The notes: generated by a model not told the origin, from the letters alone. Shown: positions 1 to 8,029, numbered from the stretch's first letter. The stretch: DNA of 32,000 nucleotides from Erysipelotrichaceae bacterium (GCA_030604855.1 JAUVVC010000007.1:1-32000), one strand, 5' to 3'. Program-made: numbers and translations.

Positions 1-118
1 AAACCATAGCGCTTATATACATCGCCTTCATCTTTCAATCTCATTTACTTTTTGAGTGCGTTCACATCAGCGCTTCTTTTAATTTGTTTTCTGAGATTTA
101 GAGAACTTTCCTATAAGA

Positions 119-140
119 TAAAAAACACCTTTTCAGGTGT
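119..140 (-). terminator. Rho-independent terminator after the ATP-grasp ligase gene
   Basis: On the minus strand the stem ACACCT/AGGTGT (125-130 / 135-140) has a 4-nt loop and is followed by a T-run (plus-strand A-run 120-125). It lies about 20 nt after the stop at 163. Confidence 0.65.
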
Positions 141-162
141 CTTTGGAATTACATAACATTTA

Positions 163-1158
163 TTAACGAATGCGTCCTATGGACTGGGCAGTGTTCGCAT
201 ATCGATTCACTGCAGATTGTACGATTCGATCCAGGAAAGACTTTCGATCATAGCCAGCTTGGATCGCCATATAACCCATATAGCCAATATGAGCACTCTT
301 ATCTTCAGCACTGGGTAGATTCAAGCCAGCAAATGTATTTACTTCTAAGAAATAGGGGGTATTATTCTTATCCAACATGATGTCGACTCGACCAAAATCC
401 TTGATATTCAATACTTCATAAACACGTTTTACCATATCACGTATTGTTTTTTCAGTAGAAGCATCCAAGTTTGCAGGGCAATGAATGATCTCAAGATCGT
501 TCATCTTATGTGTGAATGAGTTCGTCTTACCGCTTGAGAATCCAATCTCAAGAATTGGCAAGACTTCAACGTTCTCATACCCGACCACACCGACCGTTAC
601 TTCTCGTCCTTGAATGCATTCCTCAATCAATGCGACTTGATGCATGTCTTCTGTGATTCTTTTGATGACAGGAAGCAAGTGCTCATGCGCTGTAATGATG
701 TTGGAATCATCGATACCTGAACTACCACGACCATTCAATGGCTTAACAAAGAGCGGATAGTCTAAATTAATTTCCGGAATATTATTGATGGACTTTGCGA
801 CTTGGAACTTAGGTGTCTTGATGCCATGATACGCGCAAATGATTTTACGTTGAACTTTATCGGTCCCAACGATTTTTGATGAAGTTCCCACATAGGGCAT
901 CTTGATTGTTTCAAGAAAGATGATTTCATCATAGCTCGAAACATTGAATACGAGATCAATCTTCTTCACTTTAAGCGTTTCGGCCATCTGGATTGGATTG
1001 CGGGTCCATTTTATTAAATCCACATCATAACCTACCTCCAACAAGCCCTGGGCATGGAGACGCGCCTCATCATACGCATCATCATGAATAGGGTGATCAC
1101 TGACCATTTTTTGATGTTCGATGTTTCGATTTTCTCGATAGAATACCGCTATTTTCAT
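163..1158 (-). CDS. ATP-grasp ligase, D-alanine--D-alanine ligase family (divergent N-terminus)
   Basis: The 331-aa ORF aligns by eye to the E. coli DdlB layout: YPLFVKPLNGRGSSGI, LIEECIQGREVTVGVVG, FGRVDIMLDKNNTPYFLEVNTFAGL. The canonical N-terminal Ddl motifs (GGxSxE..VS and HGxxGEDG) are not conserved. The ATG overlaps the upstream stop (ATGA at 1155-1158). Confidence 0.8.
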   Translation of the reverse strand: MKIAVFYRENRNIEHQKMVSDHPIHDDAYDEARLHAQGLLEVGYDVDLIKWTRNPIQMAETLKVKKIDLVFNVSSYDEIIFLETIKMPYVGTSSKIVGTDKVQRKIICAYHGIKTPKFQVAKSINNIPEINLDYPLFVKPLNGRGSSGIDDSNIITAHEHLLPVIKRITEDMHQVALIEECIQGREVTVGVVGYENVEVLPILEIGFSSGKTNSFTHKMNDLEIIHCPANLDASTEKTIRDMVKRVYEVLNIKDFGRVDIMLDKNNTPYFLEVNTFAGLNLPSAEDKSAHIGYMGYMAIQAGYDRKSFLDRIVQSAVNRYANTAQSIGRIR

Positions 1159-2198
1159 TCACTTTTCCTCATTTCGTTATTAATGTATACCTTTACCACA
1201 TTTGGCGATGTCATGGTTCGCATCATGGCGATGTAGTCCATGCTAAATTCTACGAGATTACCAACATGGATATCTAAATCACTGGTCAGTGCGGCAAGAT
1301 GATTGCTGCTGTGATTCATGATTTCAATTTTTGAGAGTGGAATCAAACCTTGAACCGATGTATCTTGATGCCCAATATTTAGGATCAACCTTCGATATTG
1401 TTCAATTGGATGGATACGCTTGCCTTTTATTTTTGCCTCAATGACTTCCAAAAACAAGGTGAATGTATCCTGAAAGAGTTCTGGAATCGCTTGATTGACA
1501 AGTGGATTCGTACCACACAGAATTGATTCGCCAATTCGAACTTGATTGATCCGATACGTGTCCTTTGCATTCAAAACCCAATCATAGTTTGCTGAATTCC
1601 CGCCAGATACCCACTTCAATTGGATGTTGAATGTTTGTTCGACAAGATCAGCCAATTGTGACAATTGCTTCATTGCTTCATCCGTAGGGATACCGTTGTT
1701 AAAACAGTTGAAATTTGATCCAAGTCCAACGATATGAATATTTTTTAAGTCAATAATTTTTGAAATGAACAAGATTAGATTATTCGGTAAGATGCCTTCA
1801 CGCATATCGCCCAATTCAAGCATTAGTATGACATCATGATGAATATTCATTTCAATCGCCTTATTTGAAAGTGCTGTGATGACTTCTACTTCTGAGTTCA
1901 GACTGATGTCTGCATACTGAACCACATCTTCAATTTCAGATAGTGCTGGTGAGCGCATCAACATGCATTTCACATTTGCATCTAAATGTTTATAGCGTTT
2001 AAGATTATAGATGTTCGAATCACCCAATAGGTCGAAGCCCTGATCAATCAATGACTTTGCGATGACTTCATCACCAGAAGCACCTTTAAGCACACTTACC
2101 ATTTGAATGCCTTTGTGCTCGTAAAACCGTTTCAAATAGAGCGCATTAAAAACTATTTTCTGACAATCGATTCTCACCGCTGGTGTTCTCAAATACAA
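1155..2198 (-). CDS. PLP-dependent amino-acid racemase, fold-type III (ornithine/'predicted amino-acid racemase' type rather than Alr)
   Basis: The 347-aa ORF shows an alanine-racemase N-terminal-domain pattern, with a candidate PLP lysine in MVSVLKGASGD. The ORF-track start is a TTG directly abutting GAGG. A TTG two codons downstream (2192) has better SD spacing, so the start is uncertain by 6 nt. Confidence 0.7.
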   Translation of the reverse strand: MYLRTPAVRIDCQKIVFNALYLKRFYEHKGIQMVSVLKGASGDEVIAKSLIDQGFDLLGDSNIYNLKRYKHLDANVKCMLMRSPALSEIEDVVQYADISLNSEVEVITALSNKAIEMNIHHDVILMLELGDMREGILPNNLILFISKIIDLKNIHIVGLGSNFNCFNNGIPTDEAMKQLSQLADLVEQTFNIQLKWVSGGNSANYDWVLNAKDTYRINQVRIGESILCGTNPLVNQAIPELFQDTFTLFLEVIEAKIKGKRIHPIEQYRRLILNIGHQDTSVQGLIPLSKIEIMNHSSNHLAALTSDLDIHVGNLVEFSMDYIAMMRTMTSPNVVKVYINNEMRKSE

Positions 2199-2233
2199 TT
2201 CCTCTATATTTCTTACTATATCGTTTCAACGTC

Positions 2234-2263
2234 AAAGACAAAAAATCTCTTTACTTGAGATTT
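2234..2263 (-). terminator. Rho-independent terminator after the nitroreductase gene, isolating the racemase/ligase pair
   Basis: Minus-strand stem AAATCTC/GAGATTT (2257-2263 / 2243-2249), loop AAGTAAA, then TTTGTCTTT. Confidence 0.6.
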
Positions 2264-2338
2264 ATTGCCTTTTATCCTTTGAGACAACATCTTTATCCTT
2301 ATTTTAACACAGGACGGAATGAATCCAAAATCTTGAGC

Positions 2339-3178
2339 TTAATCGTGATGGATAAGCCATGAAGTGACATAGGTCCAGTTTGAGATTTCTGGTGCTGACA
2401 TCGTGGTTTCCCATGTACCTTTGAGACTTAATTCAAAGACTGATAATTCAAAATGACACTTCGCTATTCCAATATCATTTAATTGTAAATCATAGTTCAT
2501 AACACCATAACCCGGTGTACGTGTAAGGTAGAAATGATAATGACCCTTGTCTTTTATGATGCGCCAAGGTTGTTTATTCGATGCGGATGGGGCGATTCGA
2601 ACCATCTCTAGTACTTTACTATAGTCACCGACTGCATCTAGATTGAGTGTTGTTTCACCATCGCCTTCAAGGAACAGCTCCGATGAAGGTTTACGTTGGT
2701 CTGACTTTGCGAGGATTCGCATTGTGGACTCAATCATGGATTGCTTGTTCTTTTTATAGCCAAATGCGATTAAAATAACCAATTTTTCATTATTCTTTAG
2801 AGCTAAGTGTTCTTCAAAGGATGAACGATCAAACGTTCCTCCCAACCAGCAAGTCCCTAAGCCAAGACCTGTTGCGATGAGGACAATCTTCTCAATATGA
2901 TAACCTAGATTCAATGCGTCTACTTCTTCTTGAGTTGTAATCACGGCAATAAAGTTACGGGTTCCTTGAATGATGCCATAGGTTCCTAGTTTTTGTGCTT
3001 CTTCGCCTTTTGATTTGCTTTGAATCAACTTGAAATAAGCCTTCTTTGATAATTCTTTATTTACAGCATCGATGGCTTGGTTTAATTCATTCATCGTCTC
3101 TGCTTTTATAGCACTTTGCTCAAAGGTTCGAACGGAGCTTCGATTTTGCATCCATTGTATCCAATTTATTGTTTCCAT
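2339..3178 (-). CDS. Nitroreductase-family protein (long, 279 aa)
   Basis: N-terminal RSSVRTF and C-terminal-half APSASNKQPWRII are typical nitroreductase FMN-site motifs. The length and motif order resemble the extended nitroreductase subfamily. Confidence 0.7.
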   Translation of the reverse strand: METINWIQWMQNRSSVRTFEQSAIKAETMNELNQAIDAVNKELSKKAYFKLIQSKSKGEEAQKLGTYGIIQGTRNFIAVITTQEEVDALNLGYHIEKIVLIATGLGLGTCWLGGTFDRSSFEEHLALKNNEKLVILIAFGYKKNKQSMIESTMRILAKSDQRKPSSELFLEGDGETTLNLDAVGDYSKVLEMVRIAPSASNKQPWRIIKDKGHYHFYLTRTPGYGVMNYDLQLNDIGIAKCHFELSVFELSLKGTWETTMSAPEISNWTYVTSWLIHHD

Positions 3179-3447
3179 GTTTTACTTCCTTATTCAGCAT
3201 TTCAGAGCCTATACCAACATCTTAACAGAAAGCTTGATTCAGTGAGTTGCTATTTCATAAGCCACTATAAAAAAGATTACATTTTTTTGTTTCCATATTA
3301 AGAGCGAATTACTCTTTCATAATTATTGATACTTCTATACTGTCCATATTATTATATCAAGAAAAAAGTTCTCTTTAGGTGTTCTAAATTCACAATGTTG
3401 CGCTTAACTTGAGAAATTATTCACTTAAAAAAGTGGACGACTTCTTT

Positions 3448-4230
3448 TTACAGTTCATCGGTATTTAATGTCTTTAGTTTTTCATTCCTTAAGAATTGAG
3501 TTATAACGGCAATAATACCCAATAATAAAGGTATTCCTAAGACGGTAAATGCATTTTTCTTATAAAGGTTTTGTAACATACCGTCCAACATATTGAGTAA
3601 AACAAAACTTAAAAATAACCACGCAATAATATACCCAATATAATGTTGAGTGAGGTTAATTAATTTATAAACCAATTTCGGACTAAGTAAGAATATTAAA
3701 AAAACTTGGTTATACAAGAGAAAGACATAGTGTAATGCAGCAACTTGTATTTCAATGTTCAATTCAGTTGAAAGCATCATTGTTGATGTTATTCTTAAAA
3801 CTAGAAAGAGAAAATATGGTAAAGACAATAAATAGATAAGAAAAACTGTATTCTTCATGGATACTATTTTTCTCATCGATATTATTTCATTTTCTTCCCT
3901 ATTGTCAGAAAGTTTTAACTCTTTATCATTAATATCATTTTGTAATTCTTCTGAACGAACATCTAAAATGCTTTTATTTAGAGTTCCAAATTTCCAAATA
4001 ATAAGTGGATAAACAAATAGAATGATTAGAAAAATCAACAATCGTAAAATTGCATCTGGCGCAAGAAAAAAAATAAAAATACCAAGTGAGCGAATAAAAA
4101 CGCCATATTTTAAATCAAGTGTTAAGCATGTTCCGCAATTATTACACTTTAATTCTCGAGTTAATGATGTATTAACATTTTTAAACACATCCCAATAGCT
4201 AAATCTATGATTACAGTTCGAACAATTCAT
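3448..4230 (-). CDS. Hypothetical membrane protein with an N-terminal CxxC...CxxC zinc ribbon
   Basis: The ORF is visibly AT-rich. It begins with MNCSNCNHRF...CNNCGT (two CxxC pairs), then hydrophobic helices, an acidic linker (SEELQNDINDKELKLSDNREENE) and four or more further hydrophobic segments. The likely start is the ATG at 4230, 6 nt after AAGGTG. The ORF-track GTG at 4239 lies inside that SD. Confidence 0.55.
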   Translation of the reverse strand: MNCSNCNHRFSYWDVFKNVNTSLTRELKCNNCGTCLTLDLKYGVFIRSLGIFIFFLAPDAILRLLIFLIILFVYPLIIWKFGTLNKSILDVRSEELQNDINDKELKLSDNREENEIISMRKIVSMKNTVFLIYLLSLPYFLFLVLRITSTMMLSTELNIEIQVAALHYVFLLYNQVFLIFLLSPKLVYKLINLTQHYIGYIIAWLFLSFVLLNMLDGMLQNLYKKNAFTVLGIPLLLGIIAVITQFLRNEKLKTLNTDEL

Positions 4231-4381
4231 TAAAATCACCTTTCTCTATTAACAAAGTTCTAATCTAATCAACTTCTAAACCTTTCCACCCAACCGTCCC
4301 CCATTCTTTCACAACGAAATGATCTAAATTAAAAACAAAGCAGCAATTCTTTGCTGTTCATTTGCTATTTATAATTTACTA

Positions 4382-4411
4382 GTACAACGTATTTGAAATA
4401 ATTGTGCATAC
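4382..4411. repeat. IS630 left terminal inverted repeat
   Basis: See the mobile-element entry; the outer 7 bp GTACAAC are identical to the right end. Confidence 0.8.
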
Positions 4412-4461
4412 ATCTTCAAAGTGTTATAATCTAAGTATCAAAACTTTGGAGGACCATCAGG

Positions 4462-5589
4462 ATGGCACGCCCTAAAAAATACGGAAATTCAAGACTTGCA
4501 GATGCTGAAGTTGAACGTTTGATCACGATTACCAATACGAGAACCGCAGAAGCCCAGAAGGTGCAGCGTGCCAAAATATTGCTTCTCAGTTCAGAAGGCA
4601 TGAGCAATGTGAGTATAGCGGAAAAACTGGATATTCATCGTAATTCAGTTGAATTGTGTTTGAAGAAATACAACGTTTCTGGCCTGGAATCCGCTTTGAT
4701 CGACGATTCTGGCAGAGGGCGAAAGGCCGTGTTGACGGACGACGATAAAACCTATGTCCGCAACCTTGCATGCCAGAAACCGAAGGATATCGGTTATGCT
4801 CAAGAATTATGGACCGTTCGGGGCCTACAGAGCCACATCCGAAAAGCCTGTGTTGGTGCGGGATATCCTAAGCTTCAATCCATCGCGGCATCGACCGTCA
4901 ATACGATCCTCAACGACGCGGACATCAAACCCTATAAGATACGCTACTACCTTAAAAAAAGAGATCCTGAGTTCGATCGAAAGATGGCGGACATTCTGAT
5001 TGTCTACAAGCAGATTGAAATGCAGTTTGATCGCGACGAGGATTCCGGCATCATCACGATTTCTTATGATGAAAAACCAGGCATCCAAGCGATTGGCAAT
5101 ACTGTTGAAGATCGGATGCCAACAAAGAAACATGGTTTTGTAGGGCGTGACAGCGAATATAAACGCTTAGGGACCGTGTCCCTTCTTGCCGGGATGGATT
5201 TAATGACGGGTGAAATCATCCCATTGGTGCGAGACACACACAAGAGTTCCGACTTTGTCGATTTCTTGAAGATTCTGGATTTCAAGTACGACAAGGCGAA
5301 GAAGATCAAGCTTGTCCTTGATAACCACAGCGTACATACCTCAAAAGAAACCAGAAGGTACTTGGAGCAACATCCCGGACGGTTTGAGTTTGTGTTCACC
5401 CCTAAGCACGGTTCATGGCTCAATATGATCGAAAGCTTCTTTGGCAAGTTTACACGCGTTTGCTTGAAAGGCATTCGCGTAAAAATAAAAGACGAATTGG
5501 TTCAACGCATTTATCAGTATATGAGCGAAGTAAACGCTGAACCGGTTGTCTATCGGTGGAAATACAAGATGGATGAGATTGAGGTTTAG
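4462..5589 (+). CDS. IS630-family transposase (HTH + DDE domain)
   Basis: 375-aa ORF with an N-terminal HTH region (MSNVSIAEKLDIHRNSV). The DDE-type core contains DEKPGIQA, LVLDNHSVHTSKE and PKHGSWLNMIESFFGKF. SD GGAGGA lies 7 nt upstream of the ATG. Confidence 0.92.
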   Translation: MARPKKYGNSRLADAEVERLITITNTRTAEAQKVQRAKILLLSSEGMSNVSIAEKLDIHRNSVELCLKKYNVSGLESALIDDSGRGRKAVLTDDDKTYVRNLACQKPKDIGYAQELWTVRGLQSHIRKACVGAGYPKLQSIAASTVNTILNDADIKPYKIRYYLKKRDPEFDRKMADILIVYKQIEMQFDRDEDSGIITISYDEKPGIQAIGNTVEDRMPTKKHGFVGRDSEYKRLGTVSLLAGMDLMTGEIIPLVRDTHKSSDFVDFLKILDFKYDKAKKIKLVLDNHSVHTSKETRRYLEQHPGRFEFVFTPKHGSWLNMIESFFGKFTRVCLKGIRVKIKDELVQRIYQYMSEVNAEPVVYRWKYKMDEIEV

Positions 5590-5590
5590 C

Positions 5591-5620
5591 GTTTGCACAC
5601 TTAATTTAAGAATGTTGTAC
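5591..5620. repeat. IS630 right terminal inverted repeat
   Basis: The reverse complement matches 4382-4411 at 23 of 30 positions. Confidence 0.8.
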
Positions 5621-6118
5621 TAGAACTTCAAAGCCGATGAACCCCGTACCTACGATGATGGCCGTTTTGGGTCTATGTTCTTGAATGAACGATTTGATGT
5701 CAATCGCATTCTGAACATTTCTTAGAAAGAAGACATGTCTCTGTTCGATGCCTTTAATCTTAGGCACAAAAGGCCGTGCACCTGTCGCAAAAATCAATTT
5801 ATCAAAGGTATCAATGAACGTTTCACCAGTAAGTAGATTCTTGATCGTCAATCGTTTATGGATCATGTTCACATCCAATACTTCATGTAGAATCTTTACA
5901 TCGATGTTGTACTTCTCCTTGAAGAATTCCGCATCACGGGGTGTCAATTCATCAATTTTCTTGACCTCATCCCCAATGTAATAGGGCAGACCACAACCTG
6001 AATAGGAGATGTGCCGATCTTTCTCATAAATCACAATCTCAGAAAAATCATCATTTCTTCTAGCCTTCGCTGCGGCAGATGTTCCTGCTGCCACGGCTCC
6101 TATGATTACGATGCGCAT
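5606..6118 (-). pseudogene. Truncated CoA-disulfide reductase / NADH-oxidase-family flavoprotein (N-terminal ~166 codons only)
   Basis: N-terminal FAD motif MRIVIIGAVAAGTSAA and redox-Cys motif SYSGCGLPYYIG are present, and the second dinucleotide-fold start IIVGTGFIGFEV is cut at the IS630 right end (5620/5621). The last codons (LVQHS*) are read from IS sequence. Family members are typically at least 430 aa. Confidence 0.8.
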
Positions 6119-6438
6119 TTTTTGCTCTCCTTATCAGAACAGCTTTGGTAAGCCAAAGTATTCTTATTTAAAATCACGTCCAAACGATGTTTAGCTTGTG
6201 TCATGCCTTCATCGCACAAGCTGTAATATGTCCACTTTTTGTCCTTACGTGCATGAACGATGCCACTTTCAACCAATATTTTCATATGGTGTGAGAGTGT
6301 TGACTGAGATATTGAGATACTTTTCAATAAATCACATGCGCATTTCTCGCTGGTTTGCAATAAATCAATGATGGCTAAACGTTGTTCATCGCATAGAGCT
6401 CTGAATAATTTTGCATCTTGAATATTTAATTCTTTCAT
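6106..6438 (-). CDS. ArsR/SmtB-family transcriptional regulator
   Basis: Winged-HTH signature: LFRALCDEQRLAIIDLLQTSEKCACDLLKSISISQSTLSHHMKILVESGIV. The likely start is MKELN (ATG at 6438) rather than the upstream ORF start. It overlaps the start of the truncated reductase by 13 nt. Confidence 0.85.
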   Translation of the reverse strand: MKELNIQDAKLFRALCDEQRLAIIDLLQTSEKCACDLLKSISISQSTLSHHMKILVESGIVHARKDKKWTYYSLCDEGMTQAKHRLDVILNKNTLAYQSCSDKESKKCAS

Positions 6439-6507
6439 ATCGATAGTCCTCGATATGATTATTAAGTAAAGGGCATTTCGAAACAAGCGCAATGACAAAT
6501 TGAATTG

Positions 6508-6866
6508 TTAATCTTTGCTAACAGAGGTTTGATGTCGTCTAGATTGAGTATTTACCCGATCGATTTTTATGCACAATTCAAAGCGATGGATGAAGCCATT
6601 CGCTGCGAATTCTAGCCTTTCTTTGCTTTTGATTAATTCAACGTTCAATTCTAACGCTTCCGCTGCGTAAAGTCTTTGACTTCCAAACAGAATCATTCAT
6701 TGAAACCCGATCCCAACATTTCGTTCCTCACACTCGATCTCTTCTAGATTCGATTGAGTGTGAAGAAATTGAACAAACCCCATTGATGATGCCCTTCACA
6801 ATCAAGCTGGCAAACTCGTCTGTGATAGAACGTTTAGATGAATTCATGAATTTTTAGGTTAGTCAT
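6508..6866 (-). pseudogene. Unidentified broken gene (three short frames)
   Basis: The ATG at 6866 opens MTNLKIHEFI*. Reading continues in other frames as RSITDEFASLIVKGIINGV... and (M)ILFGSQRLYAAEALELNVELIKSKERLEFAANGFIHRFE... No single frame stays open, and the family is not recognisable by eye. Confidence 0.3.
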
Positions 6867-6960
6867 GCAATCTTAATCTCCGTGCTTTGATCGACTGAGC
6901 TAAAGCTGTTGCTTTGCGTGATCTTTTATCTCGTGTAATGGCTTGAAGCGGCAGATCCAA

Positions 6961-7003
6961 TCAAAAAAACGTCCATCAAGCGTTGTCCCGATTTATGACG
7001 TTT
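6961..7003 (-). terminator. Candidate rho-independent terminator about 190 nt downstream of the DUF368 gene
   Basis: Minus-strand stem AAACGTC/GACGTTT (6997-7003 / 6967-6973), with extra inner pairs, followed by T7 (plus-strand A-run 6963-6969). Confidence 0.45.
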
Positions 7004-7047
7004 ATTGTCTTACAACTTCATGCATGATCTAGGTACTCCCATAAAGC

Positions 7048-7153
7048 GTATCCACTGTGTGTCATCGCTTGTCACACCCGCTCCTGCGTATTGTTACAGG
7101 GGGTGCATTGATAAGGCTTTGATGAAACAGCCTTAAGTTTGAGCAGTGGATAC
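7048..7153. other. Candidate structured element (three-helix fold), strand unresolved
   Basis: A 10-bp perfect closing helix GTATCCACTG (7048-7057) / CAGTGGATAC (7144-7153) encloses two hairpins. The first pairs CACCC..CCTG with CAGGGGGTG (7075-7105). The second pairs TAAGGCT with AGCCTTA (7112-7135). Confidence 0.3.
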
Positions 7154-7188
7154 TTAAATTGTCCATTCAATTTACTGCCAACAAATAA

Positions 7189-8016
7189 TCAGTAACTATT
7201 TTCCGAATCCTGTTTCGCAAGCCCTAAACGACTCAATTTATAGGAAGCGATAGCCCCCATGATTGTGATCAAGATACCGAACAAAACATCCACACCGAAC
7301 TGTAGTGGAGGGACAATGGCAAAGATTGAACCAATGACAAAACCTAAAACAGTATAATATGTAAACCCATACGCTTTCTTGAAGAGTACATTGATGATCT
7401 TAGCAAACAACAATATGCTTAAGCCAAAGCCGATGCCGACCGGTATGATAATCATCAAGTCAATATTCCCAATGCCATTTAAAAGAATCTCATATGCACC
7501 GATATACATTAAAATGAACGATGAACTAACGCCCGGAACAATCGTTCCAAATCCGATGACAATCCCATATAGGATTAATGCGATAAGGCTTGGACTGCTC
7601 TCAGGAATAACATCAATACGACCGTTTTCTAAGATCATGAACAGAATCGTAATACTAAATGCGATTAAACAAGGCAACACATAGCTTTTTTTAAAACCTT
7701 TCTTGTTGGCTTGGTTGATAACATAGGGCAACGTTCCAAGCATCAGTCCGATGAATAAAAATTTAACTTGTGCTTCATGATATTCAAATAAGTACTTCAT
7801 GATCCGACTAAAGCCTAAAATGCCAAACCCTATCCCAACGCCTAAAATAGCGAGCGTTTTGATTTTATGGACTAAATTGTGCGTGATATTTGCAATCGCA
7901 TCCGTAATTTTGTCATATACACCTAACATAACAGCAAATGATCCACCACTCAAACCGGGCGCTACGGCCCCAATGCCAATGATGATGCCTTTAATTAAAT
8001 CAGATAATATTTTCAT
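7189..8016 (-). CDS. DUF368-family membrane protein (PopT-type undecaprenyl-phosphate translocase family)
   Basis: 275 aa, polytopic and very hydrophobic. The duplicated signature G(A/T)(V/I)xPG(L/V)SGGS/SS is present (GIGAVAPGLSGGSFAVMLGVY and GFGTIVPGVSSSFILM). Confidence 0.8.
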   Translation of the reverse strand: MKILSDLIKGIIIGIGAVAPGLSGGSFAVMLGVYDKITDAIANITHNLVHKIKTLAILGVGIGFGILGFSRIMKYLFEYHEAQVKFLFIGLMLGTLPYVINQANKKGFKKSYVLPCLIAFSITILFMILENGRIDVIPESSPSLIALILYGIVIGFGTIVPGVSSSFILMYIGAYEILLNGIGNIDLMIIIPVGIGFGLSILLFAKIINVLFKKAYGFTYYTVLGFVIGSIFAIVPPLQFGVDVLFGILITIMGAIASYKLSRLGLAKQDSENSY

Positions 8017-8029
8017 TTGAATCAGCTCA

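Larger units (their letters stand above)
4382..5620 (+). mobile_element. IS630-family insertion sequence, apparently intact
   Basis: A single transposase ORF is bounded by imperfect terminal inverted repeats. GTACAACGTATTTGAAATAATTGTGCATAC (4382-4411) matches the reverse complement of 5591-5620 at 23 of 30 positions, including the 7 terminal bases. TA dinucleotides flank both ends (4380-4381, 5621-5622), as expected for IS630/Tc1-mariner TA target duplication. Confidence 0.9.

Noticed and set aside
1-118. A possible gene start at the left window edge (minus-strand ATG at 44: MRLKDEGDVYKRYG…), or a plus-strand C-terminal fragment ending near 101.
   Set aside because: The sequence is too short to identify, there is no clear SD, and both strands give open fragments. 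I could not decide between them.
163-2198. Reading the racemase + Ddl-like ligase pair as a van-type glycopeptide-resistance cluster.
   Set aside because: No VanR/S two-component genes, VanX/XY dipeptidase or VanH dehydrogenase are nearby. The racemase is soluble and not VanT-like. Nothing in the sequence specifically supports resistance.
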